This document shows, piece after piece, positions 45,297-54,008 of a DNA stretch of 64,000 nt. Numbering within the stretch: the stretch's first letter is position 1; each line of letters opens with the position of its first letter. The stretch is from an uncultured bacterium. Lineage in GTDB: Bacteria > Acidobacteriota > HRBIN11 > JAKEFK01. A model generated the notes under the pieces. The model had not been told where the DNA came from. It did no database searches and was given only the letters and a program-made list of their open reading frames with translations. Both the position numbers and the translations under genes were made by a program. The stretch is from the NCBI GenBank assembly GCA_963843285.1, contig CAWJJO010000012.1, positions 140,399-204,398 of the forward strand, in the 5' to 3' direction.

Positions 45297-47327
45297 TTGG
45301 GTGATTATGATGAGCGCGGTACGAAGGTTTTAACCCTTGCAACGTACCTGAGTATCGGATTGGTAACTGCCTTTTTTGGCGGGGTTTTCTTGCTTTCCCC
45401 TCTGTGCGCATGGGACACCCCGGGCCATGTTTTTGCGGCAACGTACTTTGAACAACACCTTTGGCCCTGGTTTTCCGGCTGGAATTCTCTGGCATTCGGC
45501 GGATTTCCTCAGGGGTATTTTTATCCTTCGCTTTTCCACTGGCTCGCGGGCGGTCTGGGGAAAATGCTCGGAGTAACTGCGAGTCTGAAACTCTTGATCG
45601 TTTTCTCTCTTGCGTTACTTCCTTTCAGTCTAAATGCATTTTTGGAAAGTTTGGGCGTCCGAGGTTTTGACAAACTCCTCGCACTTACGTGGATTTTTAT
45701 TTTTTTAACTGTCGCGCCAGTCTTGTTCGGGGGCACCTTCCAAGGTTTGATCATGGGCGGGCTTCTGACCCATCAATTTGCCATGCCGCTTTATTTTTTT
45801 TATCTCACGTGCTTGAAGGGCGGGAAGGACAGTACACGTAAGCTTGTGGCGGCTGGCGCGTTGCTAGCCTTGATCATTTTGGCTCATGCATTTGTTGCCC
45901 TTGGGGCCGCCCTCGCCTCGTTGATCTACTTATTCCTTTTTTACAGAAGCAAAAAGCTGGCAATCCGGTATGGCGCCCATGTGCTGGTGGCCTTCATCCT
46001 TTCACTATTATGGACCGCCCCCTTCTTTTTATTCCACGAATTTCAGAGCGGTCGGTATCTCGATAAATATGAACCGCTGTGGTTTTACATGGCAGTCCTT
46101 GTAACGATCATTGGCTTTGCAATTGCAAGAACCAAGGAAGGCAATCCGATGAAGACAATTGCGTTCCTTCTTTCGGGATTGCTGTTTCCATTCTGGTTGA
46201 GCGGCGTGATTTTTCCCCGTTTCAATTTCCTCTACCCGTTGCACATGCATCGATTGTGGGGGTTCGTCATGATCTACGTAGTGATCATTTTAGCTTTGGC
46301 AACCAACAGACTCCGCCGGAGCAATCTTGTCCTGGGGCTCTCGATCATCATCTTCATCGGGGTATTTCTGCGTGTTTATGATGCGGCAGGGCTTGAAAAA
46401 AGCGCACGTGTGTTTCTTCCGCAGCCGTTTTTCAATCACCAGCTTGGACTGATTGCAGTTCCCGGGGGTATTGCAAATGAAAACGATCTGCTGAGGCAGG
46501 CGAATGCGCGACATCTTCTAACCCATTCTTTCTTGTTGCAGGGCGCGCGGTTGCTGAACGGTCTCTTTGTAGAATCTGCGGCGAATAGCGCTGCTATCAA
46601 CAGCACTCTCGTGGAACTTATGGGAAAGCCTTTCACCTGGGGGGTATCCGCTTATGAATCAAACGGCGAGCTACTTGCGGAGCACTTGAAGTATCTTGGA
46701 GTCTGTTGGATCGGTAGTTTCCATCCAGAGATGATTGAGTCATCAATGAAAAGATTGGGTGCCGGCAAGCCATTCCTGGTTTCGGTACCAATGCAAATCA
46801 ACAATCAATCTATCCAGAGAGATTTATCGGTTTATCGCATACCATGTGCGCGAGGAGAGGTTATTTCCTCGCCTGAGTTTGTGCCGGATGCAGAATGGAA
46901 AAGACGTATCGAACAATGGTGGCCCAGCAAGCGCGCGCTTTCGAGCGTCCTGGTGAGCAATCCTCGCGGTGTTTCCGTTGATGCCTCACAAGTTTCTTTT
47001 GACCCAGGAACACCGGTGCGAGTCGAAGAAATTTCGGCGGAACATTTTAGAGTGTTGATTGACAGCCCGGTCGAGCAGTTCGTATATCTTAAGGTGCCGT
47101 ACTTCCCGAATTGGCATGCGTACCAGAATGGAAGCGAGATACCACTTTTCCGCGCAGCACCGAACCAAATGGTCATCAAGGCCAAAGGCATCATTGAGTT
47201 GAGATTCAAGCGGTCTATCGTTGAACTGGTCTCTTACGCGCTTTCTCTCCTGGGCTGGCTAGTGGTTGTGGGATGGTTTATCTGGAAGTCCATTATGTCC
47301 CGAAGGTTTGGAATTAATGGCGAATGA
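45297..47327 (+). CDS. Polytopic membrane protein, YfhO/COG5617-like (GT-C-like) with a C-terminal soluble domain and a terminal TM segment
   Basis: 676 aa with a TTG start 2 nt after the upstream stop. There is no in-frame ATG near the N-terminus, so the start is uncertain. The pattern is AWDTPGHVFAATYFEQHLWPWFSGWNSLAFGGFPQGYFYPSLFHWL. Confidence 0.45.
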   Translation: MGDYDERGTKVLTLATYLSIGLVTAFFGGVFLLSPLCAWDTPGHVFAATYFEQHLWPWFSGWNSLAFGGFPQGYFYPSLFHWLAGGLGKMLGVTASLKLLIVFSLALLPFSLNAFLESLGVRGFDKLLALTWIFIFLTVAPVLFGGTFQGLIMGGLLTHQFAMPLYFFYLTCLKGGKDSTRKLVAAGALLALIILAHAFVALGAALASLIYLFLFYRSKKLAIRYGAHVLVAFILSLLWTAPFFLFHEFQSGRYLDKYEPLWFYMAVLVTIIGFAIARTKEGNPMKTIAFLLSGLLFPFWLSGVIFPRFNFLYPLHMHRLWGFVMIYVVIILALATNRLRRSNLVLGLSIIIFIGVFLRVYDAAGLEKSARVFLPQPFFNHQLGLIAVPGGIANENDLLRQANARHLLTHSFLLQGARLLNGLFVESAANSAAINSTLVELMGKPFTWGVSAYESNGELLAEHLKYLGVCWIGSFHPEMIESSMKRLGAGKPFLVSVPMQINNQSIQRDLSVYRIPCARGEVISSPEFVPDAEWKRRIEQWWPSKRALSSVLVSNPRGVSVDASQVSFDPGTPVRVEEISAEHFRVLIDSPVEQFVYLKVPYFPNWHAYQNGSEIPLFRAAPNQMVIKAKGIIELRFKRSIVELVSYALSLLGWLVVVGWFIWKSIMSRRFGINGE

Positions 47328-47336
47328 GATCCCGTT

Positions 47337-47359
47337 CCTCCCCCTTATTAAGGGGGAGG
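47337..47359. terminator. Strong hairpin CCTCCCCCTT-att-AAGGGGGAGG between convergent genes
   Basis: A 10-bp perfect stem lies in the 72-bp convergent gap. A third G-rich copy (GGAGGGGG, 47363-47370) could form an alternative pairing. No T-run on either strand. Confidence 0.4.
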
Positions 47360-47399
47360 TTAGGAGGGGGTGTTGAGCCGCATCAATTGCAAGTGGGTG

Positions 47400-48920
47400 T
47401 TAAACTCCTCCCAGGTAGTCGGCAAGGCGAATAGCCAGAGCAGCAATCGTCAAAGTTGGGTTGGCAGGGGAGTATGTCGGAAAAGCAGATCCACCCAGAA
47501 TGAACAGGTTGTCGAGCAGATGATACCGGAGAGACGGATCAACTACTCCATTCTTTTCGTCACCCATACGGCACGTTCCCAAAAGATGACCGGCGACCGT
47601 ACCTGGCTTCACTTTGGGTATCACCTTTTTAGGGCCGAGGCTCGACAGCAATTTTGGCATCTCATTCACAATGTTCTGCTTGCAGCTTTCGAGATAGAAG
47701 GAGAAAGGAGGATTGTATACCTCTGAAAGAGGAATCCCCAATTGATTGCGCTTCCTGCCGATCCGAATGTGCCGGTGTGGGTTCGGAATGTCATCCAGGA
47801 GAAAATTTATGCTTACCTGTTGTCGAAATCGATTTGTCGTTTCCTCTCGCAACCGTTTGCCGCTCAGACCTGTTTCGAGAGCAACCAAAGGATTTATATC
47901 GTGTACAGGCAGTCCCGGAATGTTCATGACATCTCCGAGAGCGCCTGCCCTTTTATCGCGAAAGCCTCCGTCGTAGAAGTAATAGCAATTAGCGGTAAAG
48001 AAACTATTTCCGTAATATGGGAACCCGTCTTTCGATATTAACGTAGAGACAATCAAAACCGGGTGATCAAACAAATATTTACCGGTTAAAGAATGCTGTG
48101 GAAACACGCCACTTCGAAGTAGGATGGCTGGATTTTCCAAAGCATTTGCGGCCAAAACAAACAGGTCTGCTTCGATAACGACTTCGCGTCCATCCCCTTT
48201 TTTGGCCAGAGCGGAATGTACGGTTCTTCCTGAACTCTTCAGTTCGAGAACGACAGTCTCGGTTTGAATTCGAACGTTGGAAAGCGCTTCCAGTTGGGGA
48301 ATATGAGTGTTCAACGGAGTGTATTTAGAATCCACCGGACACAGATAACATCGCGCTGAGCCGCAGCACGCCGGTCGATTGTTGACGTCCTGCGTGGGAC
48401 GAGCCTGGGGACATGCCACAACCGATCCGGTTGGAAGACATTGCTTTACAAGTAAATCTACGGGGCTGAACGGATGAGGAGGCAGGGGGTAAGGTCTCGA
48501 TCGCGGAGTCCGTGGATTGTCGGAAGCGCCCGCAATGGCCAATTCTTCTTCTGCCAGAGAGTAAAAGGGCTCCAGATCTTCGTAAGAAATCGGCCAATCA
48601 TCCATGATTCCATACAGGGATTTCATTCTAAAGTCATTCGGAATGAGCCGTGGAGACTGACCTGTCCAGTGATTGACTGTTCCGCCTAAAGCGTAAAGAT
48701 ATGAGAATTTATCTTGCCTGCCATCTACAACGTTGTGATGATGCTCCGCGGTCGGCACGGCCTTCTCATGCTTCCCGGTTCGCATGGACCAATCATGGCT
48801 GACCGATGCCCCTCTTTCCACAATAAGAATATCGTCCAACTTCTTCGCAAGATATTTGGCACAAAGACATCCTGCAATGCCCGAACCGACAATGCACACC
48901 TTCGTTTTGATTCTGTCCAT
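47400..48920 (-). CDS. GMC-family FAD oxidoreductase (tandem copy 2)
   Basis: 506 aa. KVCIVGSGIAGCLCAKYL, CCGSARCYLCPVDSKY, NLFILGGSAFPTYSPANPTLTIAALAIRL. The start overlaps the upstream stop (TAATG). Confidence 0.85.
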   Translation of the reverse strand: MDRIKTKVCIVGSGIAGCLCAKYLAKKLDDILIVERGASVSHDWSMRTGKHEKAVPTAEHHHNVVDGRQDKFSYLYALGGTVNHWTGQSPRLIPNDFRMKSLYGIMDDWPISYEDLEPFYSLAEEELAIAGASDNPRTPRSRPYPLPPHPFSPVDLLVKQCLPTGSVVACPQARPTQDVNNRPACCGSARCYLCPVDSKYTPLNTHIPQLEALSNVRIQTETVVLELKSSGRTVHSALAKKGDGREVVIEADLFVLAANALENPAILLRSGVFPQHSLTGKYLFDHPVLIVSTLISKDGFPYYGNSFFTANCYYFYDGGFRDKRAGALGDVMNIPGLPVHDINPLVALETGLSGKRLREETTNRFRQQVSINFLLDDIPNPHRHIRIGRKRNQLGIPLSEVYNPPFSFYLESCKQNIVNEMPKLLSSLGPKKVIPKVKPGTVAGHLLGTCRMGDEKNGVVDPSLRYHLLDNLFILGGSAFPTYSPANPTLTIAALAIRLADYLGGV

Positions 48921-50434
48921 TATGCCAGATGGGATGCCAGGCGTATGGCCAGAGCCGCAATCGTCAGTGTTGGATTGGCCGGCGAGTATGTGGGAAAGGC
49001 AGATCCACCCAGGATGAACAAATTATCGACCGGATGATATCTGAGGGATGTATCAACTACCCCATGCCTTTCATCGCTCATACGGCAAGTACCCAACAAA
49101 TGACCGGCACCCGCTCCTTTCTTCATATTGGGAATCACTTTCTTCGGACCTAAGCTTGATAGAAGCTTTGGTATCTCTTGAATGATCTGGTTCTTGCCAT
49201 TTTCGAGATACTGTGAAAAAGGAGAATTATATATTTCTGTTTCTGGAATCCCTAATCGATTGCGTTTCTTGCTGATCCGGATCAGGCGATTCGGATCAGG
49301 TATGTCATCAAGCAAGAATGCAAGACTTACCTGTTTTCGAAATCGATTTGCTGTTTCTTCTCGCAACCGTTTGCCGCTCAGGCTTGTTTCGACTGCCACC
49401 AAAGCAGCCATGTCAAAGGGAGGCAAACCGGGAGTGTTCATGATATCTCCGAGCGCGCCTGCCCTTTGATTGCGAAACGTTCCATCGTAGAAATAGTAAC
49501 AGCTGGCTGTAATGAAACTATTACCGTAATAGGGGAATCCATCTTTTGATATCAACGTAGAAACAATCAAGACCGGGTGATCAAATAAAAATCTGCCGGT
49601 TAAAGGATGCTGGGGAAGCTGACTGCTGCGTAAAAGGATGGCAGGATTTTCAAGAGCGTTTGCGGCCAAAACAAACAGGTCGGCTTCAATGACCAATTCG
49701 CGGCCATCTCCTTTCTTTGCGACGGCAGATTGGACCTTCTTCCCGGAGCTCTTCAATTCAAGAACGACCGTCTCGGTCAGGATTCTCACATTGGAAAGCG
49801 CTTCCAGCTGGGGAACATGAGTATTCAACGGTGTGTATTTGGAATCCACCGGGCACCGGGAACAGGTGGCCGAGCCGCAGCAGGCTGGTCGAAGATTCAC
49901 GTCTTGAGTGGGACGTGCCTGAGGGGAGGCAACCACCGAACCAGCAGGGAAACATTGCTTTGCCAGTAGATCCGCGGGGCTAAAAGGATGAGGAGGCAGG
50001 GGGTAAGGCTTCGATCGCGGGGACCAGGGATTGTCTGAAGCCCCCGCAATGGCCAATTCTTCTTCCGCAAGACAGTAAAAGGGCTCCAGATCGTCGTAAG
50101 AAATGGGCCAGTCGTCCATAATTCCATACAGGGACCGCATTTTGAAATCATTGGGCAGGAACCGAGGTGACTGGCCAGTCCAGTGATTGGTTGTTCCGCC
50201 AAGTGTGTAGAGATAGGCAAATTGGTCTTGACGTCCTTCTGCAACGATATGATGGTGCTGCGCAGTCGGCACAGCTTTCTCATGGTGCCCAGTTTGCATG
50301 GTCCATTCATGGCTGACCGATGCTCCCCTTTCAACAATGAGAATATCGTCTACTTTCTTCGCAAGAAACTTGGCACAGAGGCATCCTGCAATTCCAGAGC
50401 CGACAATGCACACCTTTGTCTTGATTTTGTCCAC
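48920..50434 (-). CDS. GMC-family FAD oxidoreductase (tandem copy 1)
   Basis: 504 aa, collinear with 47400-48920 and highly similar by eye. CCGSATCSRCPVDSKY. Confidence 0.85.
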   Translation of the reverse strand: MDKIKTKVCIVGSGIAGCLCAKFLAKKVDDILIVERGASVSHEWTMQTGHHEKAVPTAQHHHIVAEGRQDQFAYLYTLGGTTNHWTGQSPRFLPNDFKMRSLYGIMDDWPISYDDLEPFYCLAEEELAIAGASDNPWSPRSKPYPLPPHPFSPADLLAKQCFPAGSVVASPQARPTQDVNLRPACCGSATCSRCPVDSKYTPLNTHVPQLEALSNVRILTETVVLELKSSGKKVQSAVAKKGDGRELVIEADLFVLAANALENPAILLRSSQLPQHPLTGRFLFDHPVLIVSTLISKDGFPYYGNSFITASCYYFYDGTFRNQRAGALGDIMNTPGLPPFDMAALVAVETSLSGKRLREETANRFRKQVSLAFLLDDIPDPNRLIRISKKRNRLGIPETEIYNSPFSQYLENGKNQIIQEIPKLLSSLGPKKVIPNMKKGAGAGHLLGTCRMSDERHGVVDTSLRYHPVDNLFILGGSAFPTYSPANPTLTIAALAIRLASHLA

Positions 50435-50453
50435 GCGGATCCTTGATTGTTCG

Positions 50454-50891
50454 TCACTGTTTGGAGGGTCGAATCAATCCATCACAAGCGGGATCATCCC
50501 CAACAATAGGATAATCGATGTACGCCCACGCGATACTGCGGTGGGAAAATACTCTCCAGCTCCAATAATTGATTACCCGAAATTCTATTCGGCGAGGAAT
50601 CAGGACACGGAGTCCCCAATCCACCAGAGTAAAGAAACCCACTGTTGCCAAAAACCAGGTCGTGTGTTCTCGTTTCAGGAGTTCCAATTCTTCTTGAATG
50701 ATTTGCCTCGTCTTATCCTCAAGCGCAAAAAACTCCTGGATCGATTTTGCCGTGGCATTGCGCCGATAGAACCAGGCAACCGATCCGAAAATCGCGCCTA
50801 AAACAATCACGATAAATAATCTGCGGGTGACTTTTCCTTTTCCGGTAGTTTTCGGCAGGGATTGCATTTGGATCTGGTCCTTATCGATCAT
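50454..50891 (-). CDS. Small protein with a twin-arginine-like signal. Candidate small subunit or escort for the downstream GMC flavoproteins.
   Basis: 145 aa. KVTRRLFIVIVLGAIFGSVAWFYRRNATAKS combines T-R-R-x-F, a hydrophobic core and an A-x-A site (ATA). It has a second hydrophobic segment, TWFLATVGFFTLVDWGLRVLI. It lies 19 nt upstream of the GMC pair. Confidence 0.45.
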   Translation of the reverse strand: MIDKDQIQMQSLPKTTGKGKVTRRLFIVIVLGAIFGSVAWFYRRNATAKSIQEFFALEDKTRQIIQEELELLKREHTTWFLATVGFFTLVDWGLRVLIPRRIEFRVINYWSWRVFSHRSIAWAYIDYPIVGDDPACDGLIRPSKQ

Positions 50892-50940
50892 TGTTTCACG
50901 AATAAGGTGATTCTATTAAAAATACGCCACATTGAAAAGG

Positions 50941-52422
50941 CTATTTGTTTCTCGATTTTCCGCCGATAGTCCTTTTGGGCCCCACGATCCGAAGAACGAT
51001 GCTTGTGAATTCCTGAGCTTGAAATAGCCGCGAAGCAACCGCCGGCGTATTCGAACCCTGTGTGATGATTGTGTTGGCTAACAACGGAACTACTACTGAA
51101 TCCGTACGAAAAAGTTCCTGGATCCGATAACCAGCCGCCAGTAATTGTACCTGTTCATCAAGATCGTGGCTGTAGAAACTATGAAGTACGATGATGTCAT
51201 CGGATCTGTAGACTCGATGAGGAACATAACGAAATACCTTACTCCCGGTGTAGTAAGATTCCTTGAATTGATCATTCGAAAAGACGCGGGAACCGGGAAG
51301 ATTGGATCGAATATACTCTCCCGTGCGTCTGATGTCGCCGAATGTATCTCTCTGATAGTAGAGAGCCACCATCGCAAAAAGGACGGAACCTGTTATGGAT
51401 GCTGCGATCAGGACTTTCGATAGAAACTTTGGCGCACGATCTGCAAACCGCTCGATTCCGGCGGCGACTTCCACAAACAGCAGAGTCATGGGAAATGTCA
51501 GAAAACGGGTAGTCCAGGCCCAGTGGACTGAGAATAAGGCAAGAAAACCGCAATGCACGTAAGTGACCAGCAGGAGCCACACTCTACGTTTGGATGTGAA
51601 TCCCCGAAACTGGTTATAAACCGCAAAAAGAAATAAAGGGCAAAAAACCAAATACGGATAAACCCACACGTAGGTCCAGGAATTTCTCAGTAATCTCCCA
51701 GGGCTCAATGAATGAACACTCCTCAGCATGTCATTTCCGTAACTGGACCCGCCTTGATAGATCATCCATGCGCCGAGGAACCAGAGTAATAAAGGTGCTA
51801 TCGAGAGAACCAGGGGTCTTGTCCGTCTCAGATGTACGGCCCTGTAGATTCCAAAAATACATAATGGTGCAAATACAAGTGCTTCGGGACGAGTTAAGGT
51901 TGCAAGTCCGGAGAAAAGGATCAGCCACAGTAAGGAATCCGTATCCGAATCGGAAAACAGACGGAATGCATGTAGAATCGTGGCCAGTGAGAAAGCCAGA
52001 AATAATGGTTCACTCAGAACCCGGGTTGTCAGGAAAAGAATCTGTGCGGAGATCGTAAAGAGAATGGAAGCCAGGAGCGCCTCGCGTCGTCCATAAACTT
52101 CCAGGCACAGGCTATACAGCGGGAAAAGGCAAAAGAATCCGGCAAAAGTCGAAATCAATCGACCTGAAACAATGGGATCGAGAAACCATGCTGGAAGTCG
52201 AATCAGCAGTGGATAAACAGGCAAATGTTTGCTGGATACATGATAGAAACCATCTGCGCTCAGGCTGAAGGACCAATTGATAAAAGCATACCCATCGGTA
52301 AATTCGGCCTGGTTGTAGTTCAGCAACAGTAAGCGCGATGCAAGAAAAAGGGCACAGATCAAATAAAAAGGGAGCACGCTCTGTTTTGAAATACCATCTT
52401 GTTGCTGGATCACGTGGTGCAT
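50941..52422 (-). CDS. GT-C fold membrane glycosyltransferase (PMT_2/ArnT-like)
   Basis: 493 aa. NQAEFTDGYAFINW...KHLPVYPLLIRL. About 11 TM segments plus a C-terminal soluble domain of about 130 aa. Confidence 0.55.
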   Translation of the reverse strand: MHHVIQQQDGISKQSVLPFYLICALFLASRLLLLNYNQAEFTDGYAFINWSFSLSADGFYHVSSKHLPVYPLLIRLPAWFLDPIVSGRLISTFAGFFCLFPLYSLCLEVYGRREALLASILFTISAQILFLTTRVLSEPLFLAFSLATILHAFRLFSDSDTDSLLWLILFSGLATLTRPEALVFAPLCIFGIYRAVHLRRTRPLVLSIAPLLLWFLGAWMIYQGGSSYGNDMLRSVHSLSPGRLLRNSWTYVWVYPYLVFCPLFLFAVYNQFRGFTSKRRVWLLLVTYVHCGFLALFSVHWAWTTRFLTFPMTLLFVEVAAGIERFADRAPKFLSKVLIAASITGSVLFAMVALYYQRDTFGDIRRTGEYIRSNLPGSRVFSNDQFKESYYTGSKVFRYVPHRVYRSDDIIVLHSFYSHDLDEQVQLLAAGYRIQELFRTDSVVVPLLANTIITQGSNTPAVASRLFQAQEFTSIVLRIVGPKRTIGGKSRNK

Positions 52423-52520
52423 CAGAATTCTATCATCAATTGGCTGCGTGATTTTCGTAAAGCGTCAATTCACTTAAGAAAGCACGAAGAAGATTTCGCC
52501 TGTACGATAAGGAGAGTAGA

Positions 52521-54008
52521 ATGAGTCCACATGGTATGAATACCATCAAAGAGAATCCGTCGCGGTTCATTTCCCTGAGAGACATCTCGCTCTTCCTTGC
52601 TTTAACTGTGATGGGCGCCATCGCCATGCTGTGGCTTGAGATTTACAACGGGTATCCGCTCTTGTATTTCGATTCGGCAGGTTACATCCATGATTGGACG
52701 CAGCAAATGAGGCCGATTGGATATAACATTTTTATCCGGATCACTTCCTTGGACGTTTCTTTGTGCTTCACGGTGTTCGCTCAAGCCTTGATTACCTCTT
52801 ATCTGATGATGAGAACGGCAGTGATCATTCTGGGTCAGGATTCTCCAACGACCACTTGGGCGGCTTTTGCAATTCTGCTATCCGTCATTCTGCTAACCAA
52901 TTTGTCTAAATATGCCAGCTGGTTAATGCCCGATATTTTTGCGAGTTGGATCTTCTTCGGATGTTTTCTTTTTTTGATGGGCCTGGCATGGCATGACCGG
53001 GTGGTGGCGACAGTGGCCCTGTTCCTTTCGCTTTTCAGTCATTTATCGCACCTTCCCTTGTCGATTGCCGTTGTGGCAGTAGTTGCGACGGCAAACCTAT
53101 GCTCTGCTAAAGTCCGTGAAGTAATCGGATGGGCGAGACTCATCAAATTGATCACAGTGTGCTTTGTAATTGTCTTGTCGATTTGCAGCTTCAACTATGT
53201 CCGCGGCGGGTTTTTTGCTTTGTCCTATCAAAGATCGGGCAACTTCTTTTTAAGCCACATGATTAGCTGGGGTGTGGCACAAGAGGTGTTGAAAGAAGAA
53301 TGTGCCGTTCGGAAGTGGAAATTATGCGCCTATCAGGATGTGCTGCAAAAAGCAGACGGAAAGAGGCACGACTGGTTTTTATGGAACAAGCACTCACCTC
53401 TTAGGAAGGTCGGGAACTGGCGGGATCAGGGGGAACAAAGTGAGATCGTACGATTGGCGTTCCGACACCACCTTGGGGAGATTATTTTGTTTGCCCTTCG
53501 AGATGGAACAAGACAGTTGTTCACTTTTCGAAGTACGGACCGTTTCCTGGCTTCGAAAGAGATCCTGCTGAAAGATGGCGGATATAACATTTTCTACTTG
53601 CCGATTGTCGATCATTACCCGGGCGATGCGCAGCGCTTAGATCACAGTAGACAGTCCCAGGGCACACTGAATTTCAATCGGGTGATCCCGTTTTATATCA
53701 CTGTTGCGATCGGATGGGTAATCAGCTTAATCACAATCATTGTTTTTACTTCAAAAAAACAATTCTTCCTGCTGACATTTGTAGGATCCTCCGCGATATT
53801 TGTAATTTTGAATGCTTTTGTGACCGGCGGGCTGGCGGGCGTAGCCAACCGCAAGCAGGGAAGAGTGGCCTGGGTAGTGCTGTACTGCGTTCTGACATCA
53901 ATTGCCGCTTACACTTTGAAACATCGAAAAGAGAATTCAGCGAAAATGATTTCTCCTGTACGGGGCTTTATTGAACCCTCCGGGTCTGACGAATCCACTC
54001 GGTCATAA
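52521..54008 (+). CDS. Polytopic membrane protein, GT-C-like
   Basis: 495 aa. NGYPLLYFDSAGYIHDW..MRPIGYNIF follows the first TM segment. There are multiple TM segments with a central soluble loop. The 3' end overlaps the convergent GT2 gene by 41 nt. Confidence 0.4.
   Translation: MSPHGMNTIKENPSRFISLRDISLFLALTVMGAIAMLWLEIYNGYPLLYFDSAGYIHDWTQQMRPIGYNIFIRITSLDVSLCFTVFAQALITSYLMMRTAVIILGQDSPTTTWAAFAILLSVILLTNLSKYASWLMPDIFASWIFFGCFLFLMGLAWHDRVVATVALFLSLFSHLSHLPLSIAVVAVVATANLCSAKVREVIGWARLIKLITVCFVIVLSICSFNYVRGGFFALSYQRSGNFFLSHMISWGVAQEVLKEECAVRKWKLCAYQDVLQKADGKRHDWFLWNKHSPLRKVGNWRDQGEQSEIVRLAFRHHLGEIILFALRDGTRQLFTFRSTDRFLASKEILLKDGGYNIFYLPIVDHYPGDAQRLDHSRQSQGTLNFNRVIPFYITVAIGWVISLITIIVFTSKKQFFLLTFVGSSAIFVILNAFVTGGLAGVANRKQGRVAWVVLYCVLTSIAAYTLKHRKENSAKMISPVRGFIEPSGSDESTRS

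Noticed and set aside
40496-45300. Calling the low-GC island a mobile element
   Set aside because: No integrase, transposase, tRNA attachment site or flanking direct repeats are visible. It is reported only as a compositional anomaly.
13431-50434. The four-Cys loop CCGSxxCxxCP in three GMC paralogues as a novel metal or Fe-S site
   Set aside because: As far as I recall, Cys-rich loops followed by AK(Y/S) occur widely in COG2303-type GMC enzymes. Without a search I cannot claim novelty, so it is used only as paralogy evidence.
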